This document shows, one piece after another, positions 8,560 through 17,185 of a stretch of 64,000 nt of DNA. Numbering within the stretch: the first letter of the stretch is position 1; each line of letters opens with the position of its first letter. A program made the position numbers and the translations under genes. Source of the DNA: Poseidonia sp. (GTDB taxonomy: Archaea > Thermoplasmatota > Poseidoniia > Poseidoniales > Poseidoniaceae); assembly GCA_049412325.1 (NCBI GenBank), contig JBMSEL010000004.1, positions 11,075-75,074 of the forward strand. The letters run 5' to 3'. The notes under the pieces were generated by a model that worked only from the letters and a program-made list of their open reading frames with translations, was not told the origin of the DNA and made no database searches.

Positions 8560-10002
8560 TCATCCCACCAACGCTTCACTGATTCGCATGACGGGGCCGC
8601 CATCACCAACGGGAACGGTTTGCCCCTTCCCACAGAACCCAGGCGACGCCAACGAAGCATCGCGAGTGAGGCCGTTGACGTTGTTGAGAATCTCAAGGGT
8701 CAAACCACTGACGCTGACATCCTTGAGTGGGCGTGTTAACTCGCCGTTCTCGATGAGCCACGCTTCTTGGGCGGCGAACTGGAACGAACCTCGGCCAGTG
8801 TCGACTTGCCCACCTCGTGTTCCGCAGGCGTAGACGCCGTACTGGATGTCTTCCATCAATTCGTCGATATCGGCGTGGGTGCCACCCTGAATCATGGTGT
8901 TACTCATCCGGACCAGTGGGTGATGAAGACCGTCTTGGGCACGGGCGCCGCCGTTGGGGTCAACATCGAAGTGGTGGGCCGTTTCCCTGTGGTTGAGGTA
9001 CTCGGTCAGCACACCGTTTTTGATGAGAACTTTCTCTCGGGTATTCACGCCCTCATCGTCGACCGGGTAGGCGCCATAACCACCCATCATGGTCGGGTCG
9101 TCGACCACGGTGACGAGTTCATTGCCAATCTTTTGCCCGAGTTTTCCATCGAGGCATGAATCACCCGCTGCGACCAAATCGGCTTCACACGGGTGGCCGA
9201 GGGCTTCGTGAATGTAGACGCCGGTGAGGTCCTTGTCTGCGATGAGCGGGAGTTTACCAGAGGGGGCGCGTTCGGCACCCAACAAACGGAGCGCCGCTCT
9301 CTGGGCAGCTTCGCCCAATTCAACGAGGTCGCAAGCATGAATCACTTCAAGGCCTCCTTGGCCTCCGTGTCGGGTCCTGTAGGAGACGACTTCGCCCTCT
9401 CTTCGAGCGGTGACCATCCCGTGGATAAGTGAGCGTTGGAACGACCAAACACGATCCATGCCTTCCGTGGTCATGAGTTCGGTGTGAATGTGTTCGTCGC
9501 TCCAACCGGTGCGCACGGAAACGATGTCATCATGGCCCGTTGCACCCTTGTAGAGGTCGTTCATGAGGTTCATCTTCTCGTCGAGTTCTGTATGGCGAAC
9601 GTCGAGGGTTGAACGCCAGTGCGTTTCGTCCTCGATGATGGGGACTTCTGCTAGCGCTTTCGGGCGTTCACCGGGTGACCGACGCTTTGCGACTGCCTTT
9701 GCCAAGCGAGTGGTGGATTCAATTTGATCAGCGAGGGAAGCAAGATCCGTGGTGGAATGTACCCCCCAAGCACCATCGGCTAACACGCGGAGCGTCATAC
9801 CAAGTTCCTGCCCGGGGATGGCTCGTTCAAGAGCACCATCTCGCATGGCCACCGTTGATTCAGTCAAAGCGACCACGCGAACTTCAGCATAACTCGCCCC
9901 GTGGGCGGTGGCTGCATCGAGTGCCTTCCTGACCTTTTCCTGGTCAAGGTACCGTCCTGTGCTCGGCCGGTGCCCTTCGTTTTGCTTCGCTGCCATGACC
10001 AT
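8560..10002 (-). CDS. tldD: TldD-family metalloprotease
   Basis: Contains 'HEALGHPCEAD' (the TldD HExxxH zinc motif) and 'GGRGGQVDTGRGSFQF' near the C-terminus. Length of 480 aa is typical. Confidence 0.9.
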   Translation of the reverse strand: MVMAAKQNEGHRPSTGRYLDQEKVRKALDAATAHGASYAEVRVVALTESTVAMRDGALERAIPGQELGMTLRVLADGAWGVHSTTDLASLADQIESTTRLAKAVAKRRSPGERPKALAEVPIIEDETHWRSTLDVRHTELDEKMNLMNDLYKGATGHDDIVSVRTGWSDEHIHTELMTTEGMDRVWSFQRSLIHGMVTARREGEVVSYRTRHGGQGGLEVIHACDLVELGEAAQRAALRLLGAERAPSGKLPLIADKDLTGVYIHEALGHPCEADLVAAGDSCLDGKLGQKIGNELVTVVDDPTMMGGYGAYPVDDEGVNTREKVLIKNGVLTEYLNHRETAHHFDVDPNGGARAQDGLHHPLVRMSNTMIQGGTHADIDELMEDIQYGVYACGTRGGQVDTGRGSFQFAAQEAWLIENGELTRPLKDVSVSGLTLEILNNVNGLTRDASLASPGFCGKGQTVPVGDGGPVMRISEALVG

Positions 10003-10039
10003 GGATTGTGGACAACGAAGGAGCCTTTCAACCCTCCCA

Positions 10040-10606
10040 TCATCGGTGCGACGAACTCTGGTCGTCCGCCATCAAAACATGAGCAACCAAGGATTCCTCT
10101 TGCCGACCCTCGGCCCAACCGTCGAGGTCAACCCCTAACTGCTTTGCACCCTCTATAGAAAAGATAACGCTGGAGTTTTGGCGGACCCATCCCAAACCAC
10201 GAATGACCCCCTCAAGATCATTCTCAAACGATGCAGAAGGTGGAGCAACCGGCTGAACATGGCCCAAATCATTGGCCTCCCCCTTCGCCACGGGAAGGTG
10301 AAGTATCCAGGCTTGCTGCTGAGTTTGTTGGAGACCTGCACGGGCGAAGGCTTCCGAAATATGGTGAGTCCCGGCAAGGTACCGAAGGAACTCTGCGTCG
10401 ATGCTCCGGGCGACCATGGTTTGCCTCAGCTCGTTACGTGTGGCTTGAATCCAAGCCGTCCACAACTGGTCCATGCTTTGTGCTGCATGGCCACCAAGTA
10501 ACACCCATCGTTCGGTAGGACGGTGCTCGAGGAAGCGGTTGATGGCGTCGCTCGGCTGTTCCCCACCGAGTTGAACACTCGCAATCGGAAAGGGTGGGAG
10601 GCTCAT
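10040..10606 (-). CDS. cgi121: Probable KEOPS subunit Cgi121
   Basis: 'ARSIDAEFLRYLAGTHHISEAFARAG' matches the conserved Cgi121 signature (compare M. jannaschii 'SFWMEILVRASGQRQIHEAIKIIG', recalled from memory). Size is appropriate. Confidence 0.5.
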   Translation of the reverse strand: MSLPPFPIASVQLGGEQPSDAINRFLEHRPTERWVLLGGHAAQSMDQLWTAWIQATRNELRQTMVARSIDAEFLRYLAGTHHISEAFARAGLQQTQQQAWILHLPVAKGEANDLGHVQPVAPPSASFENDLEGVIRGLGWVRQNSSVIFSIEGAKQLGVDLDGWAEGRQEESLVAHVLMADDQSSSHR

Positions 10607-10633
10607 CGGCCAGTTCCAGAAGGTTCACTGCTT

Positions 10634-13231
10634 TCAATCATGCTCAGAACGTTCACCTTCCAGCGGAGCATCGTCGTCTCTGCTCGATGATTTTCGAGGA
10701 CTGGTTCTTCGTTTGAGGACGCGCTCGATTTCAGTGAAAATCTTGTCCAACAGCACCGGCCCCCATCCTCGCTGGGAAAGGAGCGTGGAGCGTTGCTTGG
10801 ATGACATGCGAAGCACGTCGTTCGGTTCTCGCATACCCAAGGCTGCCAGTTCACGGGCACGTTGTCGACCAACATGCCGAATGTTGACAAGTTGCAGAAG
10901 ATCGGGCTTGCACCCGTGGCGGACGCGTTGCTGGAGGGTGCTGATGCGTTGAACGAGTTCTGCGACGACGGGAAGGTGCTCATCAGCAAACACATCATCG
11001 GTGAGCAACACTTGTTGGGCACCTGCCAGCAGCCAGCCCATCAAATCAATTCGATGGTGAACATCTCCCGGGAGAACATCCAACTCCTTCTCCAGTTGGC
11101 GCAGCGTGGTCTCTTCTGTCCATTCCTCCACCATCCAAGCCGATTTGATGTCGCTTAACATCGCCTCTGCATAGCCTGGGTCAACGAGGAGTTCGTCTTC
11201 CGTTGCATTGGCCTTCAGCCATGTTGGTGAATTGACTTCAAAGTCGGCCGATTTGGCCCACAGCGAGACAAAATCAGGCGTGGCAACCGCCAGATGCAGG
11301 AAGCCAAAATCCGAGACGGGGGCGTCCTTTCGAACACAACGACGAACCGCCCTTCGAAGCCCACGGCGAAGAATGGAGGCCGAAAGCGGATCAAGATACA
11401 ATTGTGTCACCCGTTCGCCCATGGCGGTGGCCTCGTAGCGCATGTCGGGGCCGTCCTCAGCGACCGGTTGAACCCAACCACCCGTCTGCTCCAAGGAAGT
11501 AGCCCTTGAAAAGCCGAATGAGGGAGACGAATGCGCGCTGCTCGCTCGAGGTCGTGGTTTGGAACCCGGTCGTTCAGGTTCCCACGACACGCCCTGCGTG
11601 AGGTGAGCGCTGGTGGCCCATGATGGCACCGTGTCGTCCCATGCTTCTTCATCATCAACCGAAGCATTGGTCCAGGAAGGGGTGAAATGTTCATCGGGGC
11701 CGCACCGTCGTACAAATCGCTCTTCAACCAGCCAGTCCAGCATGCTTGTGAGCCGTTCCCTGAGTTGGGACGGAGGCATGGATGCCCCAAGGAATGTCGA
11801 CGAAAAGAAGTGCTCAATGGACCCCTTATGGACGAGCCCGCCCGTGGCAATGCTGGCGAGGACATGCATTCTGAGGGCTGGTTCAGAGGCCAGTTTTGAT
11901 GAGATGTCCTCGATGGGGCCGAAGAAATATCGGTCGGATACGGCGTCAGCCACTTCCCATCCATCCGTGCCCTTGCAGTAGACCCAGGCCTCTCCCTTGG
12001 TGTCGTATTTTGGCCTACCAGCACGACCGAGCATTTGGCGAACTTCCATGACGGGCAAGGGACGACTCATGCCGTCGTCCCATCGCTTGAGATCTCGAAC
12101 GAGGACGCGTCTGGCTGGAAGGTTCACGCCAGCAGCGAGGGTCGGTGTAGCGGTAAGGGCCACCAGCAAGCCATCCTTGAACGCCGCTTCCACGTCCTTT
12201 CGCTGCGCATTGGTGAGACCCGCATGATGAAACCCAACGCCAGATGACAGACAGGCGGCCAACTGCTCTGCAAGGTTTGACTGACTTCGCCCGGCCAAGT
12301 TGTCTGCGAAGTCCTTGAGGGAGGCCAACCGTTCTGGGTCTTCTTTCTCAAGGCGTTTACGAACCCGCTTCGCCAAGTTTTTGGCCTCGGATTGAGCACT
12401 TCTCCGGGTGCCTACGAACATGAGAACCTGTGCCCCTTGGGTGAGACCATCATCCACGACGCTCCAAACGGGATGGCTCTTCAACCCTTCAAGATCTCGT
12501 GGCGGGCTCAACCTGCCCAGACCATCGTCATCCCCCGGAGATTGGATCTTACGTGGCTCAACATGGAAATCGTGGAACGTAGCGTACTCCAGAGCCACAG
12601 GGCGCCAGTCGGATTGAATCAACGTCGCATCGAGCCACTTGGCAAGGTCCGGTGAATTCCCAACCGTTGCCGAAAGTGCAATGATTTGCGCGTCGGGTTT
12701 GATGTGGCGCAAGCGGGTGAGGTTAATTTCCAGCGTTGGCCCTCGCGTCCCGTCGTTCATCAAATGAAATTCATCCGCCACAACGCAACAGACGTCCGAA
12801 ACCAATTCAGCACGGTGGCGAAGCAACGAATCCAATTTTTCCGAGGTACAGACCAGGATGTTGCAGTCGTCGATGTTCTTGGCCTCTGCAGTCGCATCAC
12901 CAATGCCCAGCCCCACGGACCACCCCATCGCTCCAGCAACGGCACTCAAATCTTCATACTTCTCCATCGCAAGGGCTTTCAACGGCACGATGTAAATCGC
13001 CTTTGACCTCGAATGACCCTCAGAAATTCGCTTAACCATCCCCATGTAGGCAAGCAGTGACTTCCCCGATGCCGTAGGAATCGCCACCAAGGTGTTGTCC
13101 CCTTTGAGAATCGAAGGAGCGGCTTCTGCTTGAGGCGGATGAAGTCGTTCAATCCCCCAATCTTGGGTCAAGAATTTGGTAAAGCGGGCCGGCAAATCCA
13201 GCGATGAAACCGCTCGTTCTGCCACCTCCAT
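10634..13231 (-). CDS. hel308: Hel308 / Ski2-like DNA helicase, long form with internal insertion
   Basis: Motif I 'IPTASGKSL', motif II 'VVADEFH', 'ALSATVGN', 'GVGFHHAGL', 'TPTLAAGVNLPARRV', 'QMLGRAGRP' and a C-terminal HhH-like 'NIRHVGRQRARELAALG'. At 865 aa it exceeds the usual length of about 700-720. Confidence 0.9.
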   Translation of the reverse strand: MEVAERAVSSLDLPARFTKFLTQDWGIERLHPPQAEAAPSILKGDNTLVAIPTASGKSLLAYMGMVKRISEGHSRSKAIYIVPLKALAMEKYEDLSAVAGAMGWSVGLGIGDATAEAKNIDDCNILVCTSEKLDSLLRHRAELVSDVCCVVADEFHLMNDGTRGPTLEINLTRLRHIKPDAQIIALSATVGNSPDLAKWLDATLIQSDWRPVALEYATFHDFHVEPRKIQSPGDDDGLGRLSPPRDLEGLKSHPVWSVVDDGLTQGAQVLMFVGTRRSAQSEAKNLAKRVRKRLEKEDPERLASLKDFADNLAGRSQSNLAEQLAACLSSGVGFHHAGLTNAQRKDVEAAFKDGLLVALTATPTLAAGVNLPARRVLVRDLKRWDDGMSRPLPVMEVRQMLGRAGRPKYDTKGEAWVYCKGTDGWEVADAVSDRYFFGPIEDISSKLASEPALRMHVLASIATGGLVHKGSIEHFFSSTFLGASMPPSQLRERLTSMLDWLVEERFVRRCGPDEHFTPSWTNASVDDEEAWDDTVPSWATSAHLTQGVSWEPERPGSKPRPRASSAHSSPSFGFSRATSLEQTGGWVQPVAEDGPDMRYEATAMGERVTQLYLDPLSASILRRGLRRAVRRCVRKDAPVSDFGFLHLAVATPDFVSLWAKSADFEVNSPTWLKANATEDELLVDPGYAEAMLSDIKSAWMVEEWTEETTLRQLEKELDVLPGDVHHRIDLMGWLLAGAQQVLLTDDVFADEHLPVVAELVQRISTLQQRVRHGCKPDLLQLVNIRHVGRQRARELAALGMREPNDVLRMSSKQRSTLLSQRGWGPVLLDKIFTEIERVLKRRTSPRKSSSRDDDAPLEGERSEHD

Positions 13232-13319
13232 ATCGCCTCATATTGGGCAGCGGTTCAAAAGGACAACGCCCTCTCTTTGTTGCCGACACTTAGAAGTCCC
13301 ACCTGCGCGTGGTCAATCC

Positions 13320-13937
13320 ATGAGCGACGAACGCGATGCCATGGTCGAAGAACGACTTTCGGTGTTTGATGACGAACCCGATCTCAATGATTGGGTCGAG
13401 GTCATGTGCGGTGCCGCCATGGCCGTGTTGGGTATTTTTCACCTGGTCGAACCGGGCAACCTTGTCGATCCAGACATCATGCGCTGGTTTGCAGCCGCCG
13501 TGGTCGCCGCAGGGGCCGTTTGGGCAGGCCACGGCCTCAAGGACATGGCCGTCAAAGAAGTTCGACGCTCCATCGCCCTCCTCGACATGGTCAACAATGA
13601 TCAAGGCGTTGACACCGGTCTGATTCGGGATGTTCTGCTCAACCAAGAAGCCTACAAGGAATTCTTGGTCCACGCTTACGAGTCGGCTTGGGAAGACGGC
13701 GTCATCACAGAAGCCGAACTCAAGGAACTCAACTCCTTCCAAAAAGCCCTCGGCATCAGCGACGAAGAAGCCGCCGGTTTGAACGTCAAGGCCGCCATCA
13801 AGTCTGCTGCCGCTGATGGAGAGATCACCGCCGAGGAAGCAAAATCCATTGAAGCCGCTGCCAAGGCGGCCAACATGACGGAAGCGGACACAGCGAAGGC
13901 GGTCAGCGATGAACTCGGGAAAACCGAGGGCAACTGA
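13320..13937 (+). CDS. Hypothetical membrane protein with TerB-like acidic repeats
   Basis: ATG at 13320; the track's upstream extension overlaps the hel308 start. Two TM helices, then repeated 'DG(V/E)IT(E/A)EE(L/A)K' segments. Confidence 0.5.
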   Translation: MSDERDAMVEERLSVFDDEPDLNDWVEVMCGAAMAVLGIFHLVEPGNLVDPDIMRWFAAAVVAAGAVWAGHGLKDMAVKEVRRSIALLDMVNNDQGVDTGLIRDVLLNQEAYKEFLVHAYESAWEDGVITEAELKELNSFQKALGISDEEAAGLNVKAAIKSAAADGEITAEEAKSIEAAAKAANMTEADTAKAVSDELGKTEGN

Positions 13938-16010
13938 TCAGGCCCACTGGTTGGACCCCGGAGCATACTCCCGCGCCAGGGCCTCAGCCCTTGATTTGCG
14001 CTGAACTTCCATCCAGGTCGCTAACAACCCAAGGCTGAGACCTGCCAACATCAACCCACCACCGTACGGAACAAATCCGTCGGCGTTTTTGAGGTCCCAT
14101 GAGGGCGGGATGTCCCTGCTGTCAAAGCCGTTGGGTGGGATGAAATTGACATCGAGCAAATCGAGGTCACAATCGCAAAGCGAGATGGTGATTCGCTCTG
14201 GGAACAAGGCCGCCTGAAGCCGCACCCAGTCGTCGGCATCAACCGTCGAGGGGCGAGTGGACCATGCGGGTACGGCGAGTGAACCACTTGCTGGTGCTGC
14301 GACCATCTCGGTATCGATGTGAAAGACGGAGGATGAAGGGGCTTCATCGACCACCAACATCGCTTCCAACATGAGCAAGTCAAGCAACAGTGACCGGCCT
14401 GCAAGGAGGATGAATCGGACGGTTTGCGCTTCGAGCATCCCCTCCTGTGTTGTTTGTGTTTGCCCTTCAGCCACCTGACCGAAGATGGCTTGGTCCAAAC
14501 GGAGCGAAGCCAATTCTGGAACCACGAGTTGCCAACGGCCGTCGTCGGTTGGGATGGCTTGATCGATGTCGAGTTTGAGTTGAAGGCGTTCCCCTTCGAG
14601 CATGCCCCATGTGGCCCCCGTGTGGGTGGCGAGTGTTTGCTCCGGCACCCCTTCTGCTGAAACGTCCCAAAGTTGCTGGAGACGCATGTCGACCAACTCC
14701 TCGATGGTGATTTCCTCAGGATGTTGAACCTGATTGACCATGGCAACGGCAGGATTGAGAATACCGCCGACGACCAGTAACAGGACACCGGGTGCAAACA
14801 ATCCGAATCGGACGCCGTAGGCAGTCGTCGGCCGAAAAGCGACGATGATGAACATTCCAAGCGTGAGCAGCGAAACCAACAACAAACCGAGACCTTGGTC
14901 GTCCAAAGTCATCGGGTCGTCCATATTCCCAACCAGCGCTGCACCCTGCGGATAATAGCTCGCAGAAGTGAAGCCAGTAGGGTCGGTTGGACCCGTGCCC
15001 TCGTAGCCGAACACGCCCGTCCAAGCATATGGTTGGATTTTGTCGGGTGAACCGTGCATGCACAAAGTGTAATCGCCGGTTGGCAGGGCTCGCCACCGGT
15101 AGGTGATGCGCAGAGACTCGCCATCGTCGTCCACCACGACTTCGGGCGTGGGCGACAGTCGTCCCGCAGCCGTGATCAAGTCGGGTATGGGGTGTGGCTG
15201 CTCAATTTCAATGGGGACGAGTTCCCATTCGACCAACAAGCGGAGCACCTCATGAGTTTCAACCTCAAACGCCCAACAATCGTGGTCTGCTCCGACCAAG
15301 GCCCCTCGATGAACATCTTCAAACGATGTAGGAGCCGGCTGTATTTGGGACGAGGGCTCGTCCAAGTTCACTTGCTCTGCATTCATGGACCAAGGGATGC
15401 TGAGTCGGACAAACGAAGCCCCTCGCATGTTCAACGACCATGTTCCGGGCCGGTCGAGGGTGACCGTGATCAGCAACCGGACGCTTTCTCCCTCCCACAG
15501 CACCCTACCAGCCGATGTATCGAGGGGCTCATCTTCCAACTGATACGGCGTGGCTGCCACCTCGGGAAGCGTACTCGCTTCAAACGACCACTCGTTCACG
15601 TTTTCACCAAGCACCAATCGAACATCCATCGCCGGGCGAAACAAACTCCCTGCCTCGGTTTGATGTTTGAAATCAATCTCAAGCTCATCCATGAACTCGG
15701 GCAAGAGCGCAATGTGATCTTGTCCCGGGCTCATGATGAATTCGAAAAGAACGGTTTCTGGCTGCACGATGTTGGCAAAGGTCTGGTCGGACACTTGCTC
15801 TTCGCCGACCGGGGTTGGCGAAAGAACGCAATCGTTGTCGGCCAAGCACGACAAGAACAAATCCCCCTCCTCTTCGGTCAACCCCGCAGAAGCGACCGAA
15901 ACGAATGGATGGGCCAACAAGGCCAGCAAGCAAGCGACCAACACCACGCATCGCAAGGGGCGGGTCAACACCTGCTTCATTGGATGGAGGGTTCGGTCGC
16001 AGTATTTCAT
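13938..16010 (-). CDS. Large secreted / C-terminally membrane-anchored hypothetical protein
   Basis: Signal-like N-terminus 'MKQVLTRPLRCVVLVACLLALLAHPFVSVASA' (alternative ATG at 15980), internal TM segments and a C-terminal TM helix with a basic tail. The ATG at 16010 overlaps the upstream stop (ATGA). Confidence 0.6.
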   Translation of the reverse strand: MKYCDRTLHPMKQVLTRPLRCVVLVACLLALLAHPFVSVASAGLTEEEGDLFLSCLADNDCVLSPTPVGEEQVSDQTFANIVQPETVLFEFIMSPGQDHIALLPEFMDELEIDFKHQTEAGSLFRPAMDVRLVLGENVNEWSFEASTLPEVAATPYQLEDEPLDTSAGRVLWEGESVRLLITVTLDRPGTWSLNMRGASFVRLSIPWSMNAEQVNLDEPSSQIQPAPTSFEDVHRGALVGADHDCWAFEVETHEVLRLLVEWELVPIEIEQPHPIPDLITAAGRLSPTPEVVVDDDGESLRITYRWRALPTGDYTLCMHGSPDKIQPYAWTGVFGYEGTGPTDPTGFTSASYYPQGAALVGNMDDPMTLDDQGLGLLLVSLLTLGMFIIVAFRPTTAYGVRFGLFAPGVLLLVVGGILNPAVAMVNQVQHPEEITIEELVDMRLQQLWDVSAEGVPEQTLATHTGATWGMLEGERLQLKLDIDQAIPTDDGRWQLVVPELASLRLDQAIFGQVAEGQTQTTQEGMLEAQTVRFILLAGRSLLLDLLMLEAMLVVDEAPSSSVFHIDTEMVAAPASGSLAVPAWSTRPSTVDADDWVRLQAALFPERITISLCDCDLDLLDVNFIPPNGFDSRDIPPSWDLKNADGFVPYGGGLMLAGLSLGLLATWMEVQRKSRAEALAREYAPGSNQWA

Positions 16011-16537
16011 TCAATGTCCCGGCTGGGCTCATCCTTCAGCACCGATTTGCATCGCCTGCACATGTATCGCCCCTGGCCTTTTCGCTGACGAGGATAGCGC
16101 TCTTCGCATGTCGGACACACCCAGTGCCACGAGGCCCTGGCCAGTCGTCTGGCGTGCGTGAATGCTTTTCCACGAGACGAGGCCGTGGTGTTTGGCCAGC
16201 GTGATTCCAATGCCCTGAAGGTGCGGTCGTGAGCGCGGTGGCCCAAGACATGGAGATATTCATGAAACAAGACAAACGCTGCATAATCGCGCCAGTGTTC
16301 GGTGAGCAAATGTGGATTCAAGTCGACCACGTCGACCTTCAGGCCGCCCTGCCCGTCGCCACTCCATCGAGTCACTCCGTGGCGTTGGGTTGCGTTTGAT
16401 CGCAGGACACCCAGCGGAACAGCCTGCAACGTTTGCCGATGCTCCGCGCTCAGCATACCAATGGCCAGCATCTCGGCGAGCACCTCTGCCCGAAGACCCT
16501 CGAGATGCCGTACCTGCTGGGGGGATGGCCGAGGCAT
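16007..16537 (-). CDS. SprT/DUF45-like zincin metallopeptidase with C-terminal zinc ribbon
   Basis: 'FVLFHEYLHVLGHRAHDRTF' is an HExxH...H..F zincin motif. It is followed by 'CPTC...(14)...CRRC'. Confidence 0.6.
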   Translation of the reverse strand: MPRPSPQQVRHLEGLRAEVLAEMLAIGMLSAEHRQTLQAVPLGVLRSNATQRHGVTRWSGDGQGGLKVDVVDLNPHLLTEHWRDYAAFVLFHEYLHVLGHRAHDRTFRALESRWPNTTASSRGKAFTHARRLARASWHWVCPTCEERYPRQRKGQGRYMCRRCKSVLKDEPSRDIE

Positions 16538-16546
16538 ACAACGCCC

Positions 16547-17041
16547 TCAGGACCAACGATGATACGCGGGGTGCCCTTCTTTCACGGCGACAAAGAGCCC
16601 GCTGCCCGTAGCACACACCTTGCCCTCTGCCTCCAATGTGAGGGTGACACGAACCCTGTCCTCGAGCACCTCTGTTGGTGTGGCGTTGACCGTCAGGGTT
16701 GCACCGTGAGGTGTAGGGCGCCGTAGCTGTACGTCGTAGGAGGCGGTTACCGTGCACGGTGGTTCCTCTAGGCCCTGGGTGTCCATGAGTGCCACAGCCG
16801 CTGCCCAATTGCCATGACAGTCAAGCAGCGTTCCGATGATGCCGCCGTTGATCATCCCCGGAAAGGCCTGGTGGTGGTCAGATGGAACGAATTCCATGGT
16901 CAACCCGTCCTCTGTACGAAACGAGTCGATTCTGAGGCCGTGCTCGTTGGCTGGACCGCAACCAAAGCAAATCGAATTTGGAGCATAGGTTCGTTGTACG
17001 CCAAGTTCACTCATGGAGAGGAGACTGACGACACGATTCAT
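16547..17041 (-). CDS. PaaI-family hotdog-fold thioesterase
   Basis: 'CFGCGPANEHGLRIDSF...FPGMINGGIIGTLLDCHG' is typical of the PaaI/thioesterase superfamily. I chose the internal ATG at 17041 because the track's N-terminal 85 aa has no family support. Confidence 0.7.
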   Translation of the reverse strand: MNRVVSLLSMSELGVQRTYAPNSICFGCGPANEHGLRIDSFRTEDGLTMEFVPSDHHQAFPGMINGGIIGTLLDCHGNWAAAVALMDTQGLEEPPCTVTASYDVQLRRPTPHGATLTVNATPTEVLEDRVRVTLTLEAEGKVCATGSGLFVAVKEGHPAYHRWS

Positions 17042-17185
17042 GGTTCTTGCCTCGCAGAAAAACGGAGCGTTGATGACGGGCAAAGCCTTGGGAAAGCCAT
17101 GAGCGGGGGGAGGAAGAAAACCGTCCGCAAGGTGCGCGTCGCTCACGAACTCCCAAAGCGACGGCGAATCGCCATTGAAGAGGCG

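Noticed and set aside
16814-17185. N-terminal extensions suggested by the ORF track. Examples: 16814 for the deacylase, 17296 for the thioesterase, 62996 for panE, 46467 for S6e, 13176, 35767, 43371, 52141 and 30850.
   Set aside because: The extensions overlap neighbouring genes or divergent promoters, mostly begin at TTG or GTG without an SD, and precede the point where family-conserved N-termini begin. Internal ATG starts were preferred.
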